Below are positions 40,222 through 48,816 of a DNA stretch of 64,000 nt, piece after piece. The stretch comes from a candidate division FCPU426 bacterium. GTDB lineage: Bacteria; Oederibacteriota; Muellerivitia; Muellerivitales; Muellerivitaceae. Both the position numbers and the translations under genes were made by a program. The stretch is from positions 96,001 to 160,000 of the forward strand of contig CAVRAL010000004.1 of assembly GCA_963719085.1 (NCBI GenBank). Direction: 5' to 3'. The notes below the pieces were generated by a model. The model saw only the letters and a list, made by a program, of their open reading frames with translations. It made no database searches and was not told where the DNA came from. Every line of letters begins with the position of its first letter. The stretch's first letter is position 1.

Positions 40222-41346
40222 TCAATCCTGGGCCGCGCCTTTGAGTTCGGGAAGGGTCGCGTCCAAAAGATCGATGCTGATATTCCCCACCACGATGGCG
40301 CTTTCCACCTTGACCGGCATATGCCGGGCGTCATCGGTCACCCAAATCATGATGTCCTCTTTGTTGCGGAAGACCGTGCCCGACTTGACCTGGGGCCTAG
40401 CCTTGAGACAGTCAAAGGTTCCCGCGGGCACCGTCACCCGTTCCTTGCCCACCACGTCGATCAAAAGCTGGTAGTTCTTGCCGCCCGAGCAGGTAGGGAT
40501 GACGTAATGCCCCCCCTCTTTTATGTCCATCAGACGGAAATAATAAAAACAGGAGATGATGTCCTGGGTGAAGGCCGGCGTGAGGATGGTCTGCGGCGCG
40601 TCGCCATTGTGATGCCTCACGAGTTGGTGCTTGAGTTGGTCGTAAAACTCCTGGTTGCGGGCTTTGTAGTCCCCCTCATGGACGTCGTTCTCAAACTTCC
40701 AACTCAAAAAATCCACGGCGTCGAAATAACTGGTCTGGACATCCTGGACCGGATAAACCGCGCTGAAGGGAAAAGCCGAGTTGGCCAAGGCCGTCAGGGA
40801 CAGACAGGGCCGGCCTGAGACGGTCACCGGACCGCTCACTTGAAGGGTCGCGTAGCCTCCCAAAACCGACAGGACCCGCACCTCGAACTTCAAGCGCTCC
40901 CCGGGCGCGAAGGCCCGGTTGCCTTTGGGCCTCGGGCTAAAGGCAAGCGGAGCGGTGTCCAACCCGCCCGCTCCCGTCACTTGACCCTGCGTGGGCATGA
41001 AGATCGTCAGCCAGGTGCCCACCTTAAAAGGATGCTGGGGCGTGATCTGGTTGTCCAAAAGGATTTTGGAATAGGCCGCGCCCTTGCCGTAAAAATGCTT
41101 GGCCAAGCTCCAGGGGCTGTCCCCTTTTTTAACCTGGTATTTCGCCGCGGCGCCGCCCGCCTGGGTTTCGGGGGCGGCGGGCGGCGCGTTCTTCTCCATT
41201 TGGGCGGCCAAGGAAGGCTCGGTGGCGGGCGCTTGCCAGCCCGAAGGCACATACCGGGTTTCGCCGCTGGCCACGAAAAGAAGCGAACAGCCTTGGACGC
41301 CGAAACCCATAAAGACCAAAAAACCTAAGAATAAAACCTGTTTCAC
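40222..41346 (-). CDS. lipoprotein with LysM and DUF3108 domains
   Basis: Lipobox VQGC; YQVKKGDSPWSLAKHFYG (LysM); GERLKF..E.VTVPAGTFDC..WVTDDARHMPVK (DUF3108). Confidence 0.88.
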   Translation of the reverse strand: MKQVLFLGFLVFMGFGVQGCSLLFVASGETRYVPSGWQAPATEPSLAAQMEKNAPPAAPETQAGGAAAKYQVKKGDSPWSLAKHFYGKGAAYSKILLDNQITPQHPFKVGTWLTIFMPTQGQVTGAGGLDTAPLAFSPRPKGNRAFAPGERLKFEVRVLSVLGGYATLQVSGPVTVSGRPCLSLTALANSAFPFSAVYPVQDVQTSYFDAVDFLSWKFENDVHEGDYKARNQEFYDQLKHQLVRHHNGDAPQTILTPAFTQDIISCFYYFRLMDIKEGGHYVIPTCSGGKNYQLLIDVVGKERVTVPAGTFDCLKARPQVKSGTVFRNKEDIMIWVTDDARHMPVKVESAIVVGNISIDLLDATLPELKGAAQD

Positions 41347-41449
41347 CGCAAGCCCCCTTCGGGGGCCGCGAAGTCCACAAAGTTAAAAAATTTCATTTAA
41401 ACGAATCCAATCTTTCTTGGTGCTCTTTGCGGCTCTGTCGACTTGCGGT
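41345..41449. repeat. degenerate periodic-arm inverted repeat with a UUCG hairpin in the left arm
   Basis: accgcaag[cccccttcggggg]ccgcgaagtccacaaag / cttggtgctctttgcggctctgtcgacttgcggt. Confidence 0.65.
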
Positions 41450-41477
41450 TTCAGGAGCCCGTGTTGGATTTGGTTTG

Positions 41478-42521
41478 TCAGCTCTGGTAAGACTTTAACG
41501 CTTTTAAAACAGACTCCACCGAAATGGCGTCCATGGGATCATGGACCCGGCAAAAGCCTTTTTGACAATCCGGGCAAGTCAGTCCCTCGGGCATCAAAAC
41601 CGTGGACCGGTTTCCCCAGGGGCCCCAACGTTTGGGCGTGGTGGCCGGGATGGGGCAAAAGAGCGCCACCGTGGGCGTGCCTACCGCCGCCGCCAAATGC
41701 ATGGTGCCGGTCGATCCCGAGAGAAAAACATCCGCTCTTTGGTAAATCGCCGCCAATTGGGGCAAGGTGGACTCGCCGATGAGGAGTACCGGTTTATTGT
41801 TCTTGGCCTCGGGCCCCAAAAAACCTTGGACCCGGGCGATCAACGCCGTCTCCTCGGGCCCCGCGGTCACCACCACCCGGGTCTTTTGCGCCAGCAAACG
41901 GGTGATGAGCTGGGCGTAGCGTTCCGGGCTCCAGTTCAAGGCCGAACCCTTATGGCCCGGATGAACCGCGACAAACCGCGCCTTGAGCGGAATTCCTTTT
42001 TCCTTTAAAAGATCGTCGGCGAAAGCTCGGTTTGTTTTGGAAATTGGAAAAATAATTTTCGACGCGATCTTTTCGGGGTTTAAAACCCGGGCCAAATCCA
42101 AGTTGTAATCCGCCTCATGCCGGTCGCAAAGCGAGCGGTGGACCTTGATTCGATGGTTGAAAAGGAAGGCGTACCAGCGGAAAGCCGTGCCCACCCGCGT
42201 GGGAATCCCCGCCCACCCAGCGGCGAAGGCCAGCTTGGGCCTGGGGTAAAGCGCCAAAAAGACATCCGCCTCCATTTTTTTCAAACGGCCCGCGAGGGAG
42301 AAAAAGCCCTCCCCGGGCGCCACCAATTCCACCGCGTCGACCGCGGGATGGTTTCGGACAATTTCTTGGGCATAAGGACTGACCAAGGCCGTGATTTTAG
42401 TTTGGGGGAAAGAGCTTTTAAGGGTTTGGAAAACCGGCAAAGAAAGGATCAGGTCGCCGATTTTATCCGTCCGTGAGACCACGATATGCTTGGGAAAAGC
42501 GGGAACCGGGACGGAGGTCAT
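41478..42521 (-). CDS. glycosyltransferase family 9
   Basis: SRTDKIGDLIL, HPG..GSALNW, SGSTGTMHLAAAVG, RWGPWG. Confidence 0.93.
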   Translation of the reverse strand: MTSVPVPAFPKHIVVSRTDKIGDLILSLPVFQTLKSSFPQTKITALVSPYAQEIVRNHPAVDAVELVAPGEGFFSLAGRLKKMEADVFLALYPRPKLAFAAGWAGIPTRVGTAFRWYAFLFNHRIKVHRSLCDRHEADYNLDLARVLNPEKIASKIIFPISKTNRAFADDLLKEKGIPLKARFVAVHPGHKGSALNWSPERYAQLITRLLAQKTRVVVTAGPEETALIARVQGFLGPEAKNNKPVLLIGESTLPQLAAIYQRADVFLSGSTGTMHLAAAVGTPTVALFCPIPATTPKRWGPWGNRSTVLMPEGLTCPDCQKGFCRVHDPMDAISVESVLKALKSYQS

Positions 42522-43015
42522 TTCGACGAGGGCAGGGGCCCGTATTTGTCGACGATTTCCCGGATCAGATTTTTGGACGCGTGGTCCTTCGGATCGCCGA
42601 CCACGGCCACCTTGCCGCCGTAAGAGGCCACCGTGTCTTTTTCAGGGATGGAATCGGTCGTGTAATCCGTGCCTTTGGCCTGGATATCGGGCTTGAGCTT
42701 CAGCAGCAAAGGCGTCACCGTGTCTTCCTCGAAAGCCGTGACAAAATCCACCATCTCAAAAGCGCCCAAAATGCCGAGCCGGTCTTCCAAGGGCAGCAAG
42801 GGCCGCGCTTCGCCTTTCAACCGTCGAACCGACTCATCGGAGTTAACGGCCAAAACCAGGGCGTCGCCCAGGGCCCGCGCGCCCCGCAGGTAACGCACAT
42901 GGCCCACGTGCAAAAGATCGAAACACCCGTTGGTAAAAACGACTTTTTTCCCCTGGGCCTGCAAGGCCTGAACCTTCACCGCCAACTGGGCGTGATCGAG
43001 GATGATTTCGGACAT
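42518..43015 (-). CDS. rfaE2: heptose 1-phosphate adenylyltransferase-like (RfaE domain II), copy 2
   Basis: VFTNGCFDLLHVGH, NSDESV..KG, AKGTDY, GDPKDH. Confidence 0.9.
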   Translation of the reverse strand: MSEIILDHAQLAVKVQALQAQGKKVVFTNGCFDLLHVGHVRYLRGARALGDALVLAVNSDESVRRLKGEARPLLPLEDRLGILGAFEMVDFVTAFEEDTVTPLLLKLKPDIQAKGTDYTTDSIPEKDTVASYGGKVAVVGDPKDHASKNLIREIVDKYGPLPSSK

Positions 43016-43023
43016 AAGCGCCC

Positions 43024-43188
43024 CTCCAAAAAAATTTGAAATGGAGGGCGCTGTATCCCGGGCGTTTTGACCCCATCAAGGGGTCTGCCTGGGGTATCCG
43101 CTACTCCATAAAGAATTTGAACTAAAGAGCGGTGTATCCCAGACGTTTGGACTCCGTTAAGGAGTCCGTCTGGGATAACGCCTACTCC
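43024..43188 (-). repeat. tandem pair of ~80-bp REP-like units (GTAG followed by a two-stem hairpin)
   Basis: Periods 80 and 81; minus strand GTAG...TATCCCAGACGGACTCC-TTAAC-GGAGTCCAAACGTCTGGGATA plus a diverged copy. Confidence 0.8.
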
Positions 43189-43207
43189 TAATGGTGTAAA
43201 GCCTTCT

Positions 43208-44230
43208 TCACTTCAATTTAAAACAATCCATCCTGAGCGCCTGTTGAATCTCATCCAAATCGGTCGTTGCCGTTCCCCGCTTGGCCACCACAATTCCCGC
43301 CGCCACGGTGGCCAGGGACGCGGCCATGGTCAGGTCCGCTCCCGCCGCCAAAGCCAGGGTAGCGGTGGCCGCCACGGTATCGCCCGCGCCGGTCGGGTCC
43401 ACCGGTTGATCCAACCCATGGACAGGCAAGTGGCTGACGGGACCCTTGCGGTCAAAAAGGCTCATGCCTTGGGGACCCCGGGTAATGAGCACATGGGACC
43501 CCAGTTTTTGCCGAAGCAATTGGCCGGTCTTCAGAAGGCTGGCCTCATCCGTGATCTCTAAACCCACCGCCGGTCCAGCTTCCGAAACGTTTGGCGTGAT
43601 CAGGGTCACCCCCCGGTAATCGCCCAGGTTGAACCGGGAATCCACCGTGATGACTTTCCCCTCAAAGGCCGAAAGCAGCGACCTTCGCAAACCCTCGGTC
43701 ATAACCCCCAGTTTGTAGTCGGAAATAAGAAGCGCGTCCATTTGAGGCGCCAACGCCTGAATCCGGGCCATGAGTTTGGCCTCCGCCGAACGGGAAATTT
43801 CTTTGTCCTCGATCTTGTCGATGCGGATGACCTGCTGCTTGGCCGTGTGATGGGCGCCCGCCATGATCCGGCACTTCACCACCGTGGGGCGTTTTTTAAC
43901 CGTGAGGACGGCCGAGGTATCGACCCTTTTAGTTTTAAAATAATGAAGCAGTTTTTGTCCCTGCTCATCGTCGCCCACCACGCCCAAAGGGAAAACCTTG
44001 GCGCTCAAGTCGGCGGCGTTGTTGGCCGCGTTGGCGGCTCCCCCGGGGGTGAACTGGGTATGGTTGTAGCGGAGGATCAGGACGGGAGCTTCCCGGGAAA
44101 TGCGTTCCGTGTCCCCGTAAATGGACTCGTCCACCACCAGGTCCCCCGCCACCATCAACTTGAGTTTAGGGAATTTTTTGAGGAAAAGCGGACCCCGGCT
44201 CGAAAGATTGGAAGGAAATTCGGCTTTCAC
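43208..44230 (-). CDS. rfaE1: heptose kinase-like PfkB protein (RfaE domain I), copy 2
   Basis: AGDLVVD, RISREAPV, GGAANAA, SDYKLG, DPTGAGDTV. Confidence 0.9.
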   Translation of the reverse strand: MKAEFPSNLSSRGPLFLKKFPKLKLMVAGDLVVDESIYGDTERISREAPVLILRYNHTQFTPGGAANAANNAADLSAKVFPLGVVGDDEQGQKLLHYFKTKRVDTSAVLTVKKRPTVVKCRIMAGAHHTAKQQVIRIDKIEDKEISRSAEAKLMARIQALAPQMDALLISDYKLGVMTEGLRRSLLSAFEGKVITVDSRFNLGDYRGVTLITPNVSEAGPAVGLEITDEASLLKTGQLLRQKLGSHVLITRGPQGMSLFDRKGPVSHLPVHGLDQPVDPTGAGDTVAATATLALAAGADLTMAASLATVAAGIVVAKRGTATTDLDEIQQALRMDCFKLK

Positions 44231-44823
44231 TTAGCTCGCGCCTTTTTGGAAAGAATCGCCGTGGCGGCCTGGGCCAGGCCTTGAACCACCGGAAATTTTC
44301 CTTTTATTTTTTTAAGTTCCCGCTCACTGCGCCGGCCGTTGCCCGTTCGCACCAAATAGGCCCCCGCCAATCCGGCCCGGGACGCCAGGTGAAGGTCATC
44401 CAGCTTATCCCCCACCATATAACTTTTTTTCAAATCCACCGGGAAGGCCTTCTGGGCCTGCCGGACCATTCCCGGCTTGGGCTTCCGGCAGGGGCAAACT
44501 TTCGCGTAAGCCTTCACGGGTGCCCCGGGATAATGGGGGCAATAATAGAACCCGTCAATCCGCGCGCCTTGGGATTTTAGACGCGCCTGGAGCAGGCGAT
44601 GGACCTTTTTAACCGCCGACTCGGGAAAATAGCCCCGGGCCACGCCCGATTGGTTTGTCACGACGAATAATAAATAACCCGCCGCCCGCAGGGCGCGCAG
44701 CGCCGGCGCCGCTCCCCGATAAACCCGGACTTTGGAAGGGTCGGCCAGATAGCCCACATCCTCGATGAGGGTTCCATCCCGGTCCAGAAAAACGGCAGGC
44801 CGGGAAATTTTAGGCTTGGTCAT
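44227..44823 (-). CDS. gmhB: heptose-1,7-bisphosphate phosphatase (HAD)
   Basis: FLDRDGT, TNQSGVARG, YCPH..C.CRKP, MVGD. Confidence 0.95.
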   Translation of the reverse strand: MTKPKISRPAVFLDRDGTLIEDVGYLADPSKVRVYRGAAPALRALRAAGYLLFVVTNQSGVARGYFPESAVKKVHRLLQARLKSQGARIDGFYYCPHYPGAPVKAYAKVCPCRKPKPGMVRQAQKAFPVDLKKSYMVGDKLDDLHLASRAGLAGAYLVRTGNGRRSERELKKIKGKFPVVQGLAQAATAILSKKARAK

Positions 44824-46612
44824 CAAGGTTCCCGGAAGGGTGGACTTTGAACTGCATCTTGTACAGTTTTGCATAGAGCCCGTTCTTTTTCAACAAAGCC
44901 CCATGTTTGCCTTCCTCGGCGACGCGCCCTTTATCGATGACGAGAATCCGGTCGGCCTTGCGGACCGTGGACAGGCGGTGCGCGATGACCAAGGTGGTTC
45001 GGTGCCCCATCAATTGGTCGAGGGCTTTTTGGACCAACTGCTCGCTTTGGGTGTCGAGCGCAGAAGTGGCCTCATCCAAAATCATCACGGGCGGATTTTT
45101 AAGGATGGCCCGCGCGATGGCCAGGCGCTGGCGCTGGCCCCCGGAAAGTTTCACGCCCCGGTCGCCGATCATCGTGTTATAGCCCTTGGGCGTGTTTTGG
45201 ATAAATTCATGCGCGTAAGCGGCTTTCGCCGCGGCCTGGACCTGCCAAAAACTGGCGCCGGGTTTTCCATAAGCGATGTTGCCCAAAATCGAGTCATGGA
45301 AAAGGATCGTTTCCTGGGTGACAATTCCAATGTGGGACCGGAGGGACGCCAGCTTGACACCGGTCAAATCCTGGCCATCCCATAAAATTTGTCCCGCAGT
45401 GGGCTCGTAAAAACGGGGAATGAGATCCACCAAGGTTGTCTTGCCCGCGCCCGAAGGCCCCACCAACGCCACCATCTCCCCCTTGGCGACCTTGAAGGAA
45501 ACCTGCCGCAAAATAGGGTGGCCCGGCAGGTAGTCGAAACTGACCCCCTTAAATTCAAGGCTCTTTTTCAAGGGGGCGATTTCAGCCGCTTGCGCCGCGT
45601 CCACCATGGGGTCTTGGGTATCCAAAATCTCGAAACAGCGGTCGGCTGAAGCCATGGCGTTTTGCAGTCCGGACCAAAGCCCGTTAAAGTTTTTCAAATT
45701 GGGGTAAAGGGTAGCCAAAAGCCCGACGAACTGGACGAAGTCGCCGGCGGTTATGTTGTGGGGCGGGAACAGCGATTGATGGGCCAACGCCACGATCAAT
45801 CCTAAAAGCGCGAATGTCCCAATCGCCTCCACAACGGGCGAGGAGGAGGCGAAGGCCCGGATGGAGCGCATGGAAACCTCAAAATAATTCTGGTTGGTTT
45901 TCCGGAACTTTTCCTTCTCAAAAGGCTCCATCCCAAAAGCCTTCACGACCCGGATCCCCGCCAAGGTTTCATGGACTTGGGCGTTCAAATCGGACAAAAT
46001 CTGTTGCCGCTCCCCGGAAGCCTTGCGGATCTTCCGGCCAAACCGGTAAATGGGAAAAAGCGCCAGGGGAAAAACCACCAGGGCCATCAAGGCCAACCGC
46101 CACTCAAAATAAATAAGCGCGCCCGCCAACCCGATGCTCGTCAGGATCGAGGACAAACCGCTCCCCACCACGTTGGGGATGGAATCTTGGAGCACTTGGA
46201 CGTCGTTCGTAATGCGGGTCGACAATCCTCCGGTTCGCTGGGAATTGAAATAGGCCATGGGCATCTTGAGGAAGTGGGTATAAAGATTGTCCCGCAGCTT
46301 GCGGATAACCTGCTGTCCGATATACCCCATTAAATAGCTTTGACCGTAACCGGCCGCTGAACGAACGATGGCCGCCAAAAGGGTCAGCGGAATGACGAAA
46401 TACACCAAATGGTCAAAGGCTTGCTGGGGATGATCGGTGACCATAAAGGCCCCGTCCACAATGGGCTTCAATTGGACGAAAACAATGGGCGTGGCGATGG
46501 CCGAAAGCACCATGCAAAGCCAGGTCAGGACCACCCGCCAGCGGTATTCCTTGGCATAGTCCAAGAGACGCATATAAGTTTTAAAGGATTTTTTAAACGC
46601 GCCGTCCGACAT
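44810..46612 (-). CDS. msbA: lipid A export ABC transporter (MsbA-like)
   Basis: TM domain plus GPSGAGKT, LSGGQRQR, LDEATS, IAHRLST; lies in the LPS cluster. Confidence 0.88.
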   Translation of the reverse strand: MSDGAFKKSFKTYMRLLDYAKEYRWRVVLTWLCMVLSAIATPIVFVQLKPIVDGAFMVTDHPQQAFDHLVYFVIPLTLLAAIVRSAAGYGQSYLMGYIGQQVIRKLRDNLYTHFLKMPMAYFNSQRTGGLSTRITNDVQVLQDSIPNVVGSGLSSILTSIGLAGALIYFEWRLALMALVVFPLALFPIYRFGRKIRKASGERQQILSDLNAQVHETLAGIRVVKAFGMEPFEKEKFRKTNQNYFEVSMRSIRAFASSSPVVEAIGTFALLGLIVALAHQSLFPPHNITAGDFVQFVGLLATLYPNLKNFNGLWSGLQNAMASADRCFEILDTQDPMVDAAQAAEIAPLKKSLEFKGVSFDYLPGHPILRQVSFKVAKGEMVALVGPSGAGKTTLVDLIPRFYEPTAGQILWDGQDLTGVKLASLRSHIGIVTQETILFHDSILGNIAYGKPGASFWQVQAAAKAAYAHEFIQNTPKGYNTMIGDRGVKLSGGQRQRLAIARAILKNPPVMILDEATSALDTQSEQLVQKALDQLMGHRTTLVIAHRLSTVRKADRILVIDKGRVAEEGKHGALLKKNGLYAKLYKMQFKVHPSGNLDDQA

Positions 46613-46729
46613 GACAGGTTCCTCAGGGAATGGCTGAAAAGCGTGTCATTTTAGCAGTGAACCTGGGGAGCGGCATCCTTTTTTGACCCGGATCGGTCAA
46701 AAGGGCTTTAATCGAAGCCTTTTAATGGA

Positions 46730-47077
46730 TTAAAGCGGCGGACGAAACAAAAAAACTTCAACCCCGGCTTCCCGCAACGCTTCCCGGCCCGAGGCGGAAG
46801 GCTCTTCCAAAAGCAACCACCTAAAAACCATTTCCCGGCCTTTAAAAATATCGTCCTTTTGCGGCAAGCGGTTTAAGTGGCTCAGAAAATTCAAGAAAGA
46901 TTCCCGGATCACCTTGGATTTTTGGGCGCGGATTTGGCCCGTTAAATCCGCGTAATAAACCTGGACCTGCCGGCCTTTCCAAGTCAATAAAAATGGATTT
47001 TCCGGCCCCATCCAAATCCATTCAACGCGAAAGCCCTGTTTTTCAAAAGATTTTCGGATCACCTTTTCCCAATCCAT
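46730..47077 (-). CDS. hypothetical protein, possibly degenerate restriction-endonuclease-like fold
   Basis: GGAGG RBS and own promoter; 'FEKQGFRV' and 'REALREAGVEVF' resemble the ends of PD-(D/E)XK domains, but no clear catalytic motif. Confidence 0.6.
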   Translation of the reverse strand: MDWEKVIRKSFEKQGFRVEWIWMGPENPFLLTWKGRQVQVYYADLTGQIRAQKSKVIRESFLNFLSHLNRLPQKDDIFKGREMVFRWLLLEEPSASGREALREAGVEVFLFRPPL

Positions 47078-47122
47078 CGGCCCTCCAGGCTCCGCTGTTT
47101 CGCCGGCTCCAAAAGTGCCTAA

Positions 47123-47151
47123 ATCTTAAGTCATATTATTCTATTAGTCAA
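47123..47151 (-). promoter_or_regulatory. sigma-70 promoter for 46730..47077
   Basis: TTGACT-17-TAAGAT on the minus strand. Confidence 0.65.
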
Positions 47152-47210
47152 AATTAGTTTTGACCATTTGTCGCTTTTTAAAGGGTGCTGATTCTGACAT
47201 ATTGGCGTCC

Positions 47211-47570
47211 ATGAAAAAGTCGGATGACATTTACGCCCAAGCGGGAGCGGCTTTAAGGCATTTGCGCAAGGAAAAGGGCTTCACCTTGGAAGAACTGTCC
47301 GAACGGGCTGAGATTTCCCTGAGTTACCTAAGCCACATCGAGCGCGGCACCCGGCAAGCGCCCCTGACCACGCTGGAAACTTTGACCCGGATCCTGGGCA
47401 TCAACCTCTACGACCTTTTCGCCCCCAAACCCTCGGCCAAATCCAAGGTCCGGGAAAGCCATTCGACTTATGACGCCAAGATCAAGGGGCTTCTGAAAAC
47501 TTTATCCGAAAGCCAAAAAAAGAACATCCACGGCCTTCTCAAAGAAATTCAAAACACCAAACTTTCTTAA
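47211..47570 (+). CDS. XRE-family HTH transcriptional regulator
   Basis: LRHLRKEKGFTLEELSERAEISLSYLSHIERG...LTRILGI..DLF. Confidence 0.93.
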   Translation: MKKSDDIYAQAGAALRHLRKEKGFTLEELSERAEISLSYLSHIERGTRQAPLTTLETLTRILGINLYDLFAPKPSAKSKVRESHSTYDAKIKGLLKTLSESQKKNIHGLLKEIQNTKLS

Positions 47571-47575
47571 GAACC

Positions 47576-47629
47576 AACCCGAAATAAAAAAAGGCCCGGC
47601 GTTTGCCGGGCCTTTTTTTATTTCGGGTT
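47576..47629. terminator. bidirectional intrinsic terminator
   Basis: Perfect 25-bp inverted repeat aacccgaaataaaaaaaggcccggc-gttt-gccgggcctttttttatttcgggtt. Confidence 0.95.
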
Positions 47630-47643
47630 AAGCCGTTTGGGTT

Positions 47644-48756
47644 TTAACGCTTATCGATCGGCACGTAATGCTGATCCCGCGCCCCGATATACTCGGCCCG
47701 GGGACGGATCAGGCGGTTGTGGGCCAACTGCTCCATCACATGGGCCGTCCAGCCCGTGATGCGGCTGCAGGCGAAGATCGGGGTGAAAAGATCGGTGGGG
47801 ATCCCCAAATAGTGATAAGTGGAAGCGGAGTAAAAATCCACATTGGGCAAGAGACCCTTTTCTTTTCGGACCACTTGGTCGATCACTCGGGACATTTCAT
47901 ACCATTTTAAATCACCCTTGAGTTTGCCCATTTCCTCGGACAAGCGCATCAAATGACGGGCCCGGGGATCGCCGTTTTTATAGACCCGGTGGCCGAATCC
48001 CATGATCCGGTCTTTGCGGGCCAAGGCATCCCGGATAAAGGCCTCCGACTTGCTGCTGTCCCCCACCTTTTCCAGCATGATCATCACCTGCTCATTGGCG
48101 CCGCCATGCAGCGGGCCCTTGAGGGTGCCGATGGCGGAAGTGACGGCCGAGTGCATGTCGCTCAAGGTGCCCGCGGTCACCCGGGCGGAAAAAGTGGAAG
48201 CGTTTAATTCATGGTCGGCGTGCAGGATCAGGCAAACGTCGAAGGCCTTCACGGAGACGTCATCCGGTTCTTTTCCCGTGAGCATATAAAGAAAATTCCA
48301 AGAGAGCGTTTTTCCGGGTTTGGGTTCCAAGGGTTCCAGGCCCTTGCGCATCCGGTCAAAGGCCGCCACCAGGGTCGACATTTGGCCCGTAAGACGGATG
48401 GCTTTTCTCAAATTGGCCTCGGCGGAATTATCCAAGTCGTCCGGGTCAAAAAAGGATAGGGCGGAAACCGCCGTGCGCAGCCATTCCATCGGGGGGGCTT
48501 TGAGGGGAAACTGCTTCAAGAGGGGGAACAAGGCCGCGGGCAATTTTCCCTCGGCGGCCACTTGGGCGTTCAGTTGGTCAAGTTGGGCCTGTTTGGGCAA
48601 ATAACCGTAAAAAAGAAGATAGGTGACCTCGCCGAAATTGGCCTTTTCAGCCAGCTCGTCGATATTGATGCCCCGGTAAGCCAAGACATCGTTTTCGATG
48701 GAGCAAATGGATGTACTAGTCGCGACAATTCCCTCTAAACCCGCGTCGGCCGTCAT
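47644..48756 (-). CDS. citrate / 2-methylcitrate synthase (CitZ/PrpC type)
   Basis: GLEGIVA, HADHELNASTF, GPLHGGANE, GFGHRVYK, PNVDFYS, RLIRP. Confidence 0.95.
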   Translation of the reverse strand: MTADAGLEGIVATSTSICSIENDVLAYRGINIDELAEKANFGEVTYLLFYGYLPKQAQLDQLNAQVAAEGKLPAALFPLLKQFPLKAPPMEWLRTAVSALSFFDPDDLDNSAEANLRKAIRLTGQMSTLVAAFDRMRKGLEPLEPKPGKTLSWNFLYMLTGKEPDDVSVKAFDVCLILHADHELNASTFSARVTAGTLSDMHSAVTSAIGTLKGPLHGGANEQVMIMLEKVGDSSKSEAFIRDALARKDRIMGFGHRVYKNGDPRARHLMRLSEEMGKLKGDLKWYEMSRVIDQVVRKEKGLLPNVDFYSASTYHYLGIPTDLFTPIFACSRITGWTAHVMEQLAHNRLIRPRAEYIGARDQHYVPIDKR

Positions 48757-48816
48757 AGCAAACCCCTTTTTTTTGGAATCCACCGAAAAAATCAAACTTC
48801 AAATCCAGCCACGCCT

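Noticed and set aside
43024..43188. Possible CRISPR mini-array
   Set aside because: Only two diverged units, the 'spacers' resemble each other, and there are no cas genes
46730..47570. Restriction-modification system or prophage remnant
   Set aside because: No methyltransferase, integrase or phage genes nearby, and no clear nuclease catalytic motif
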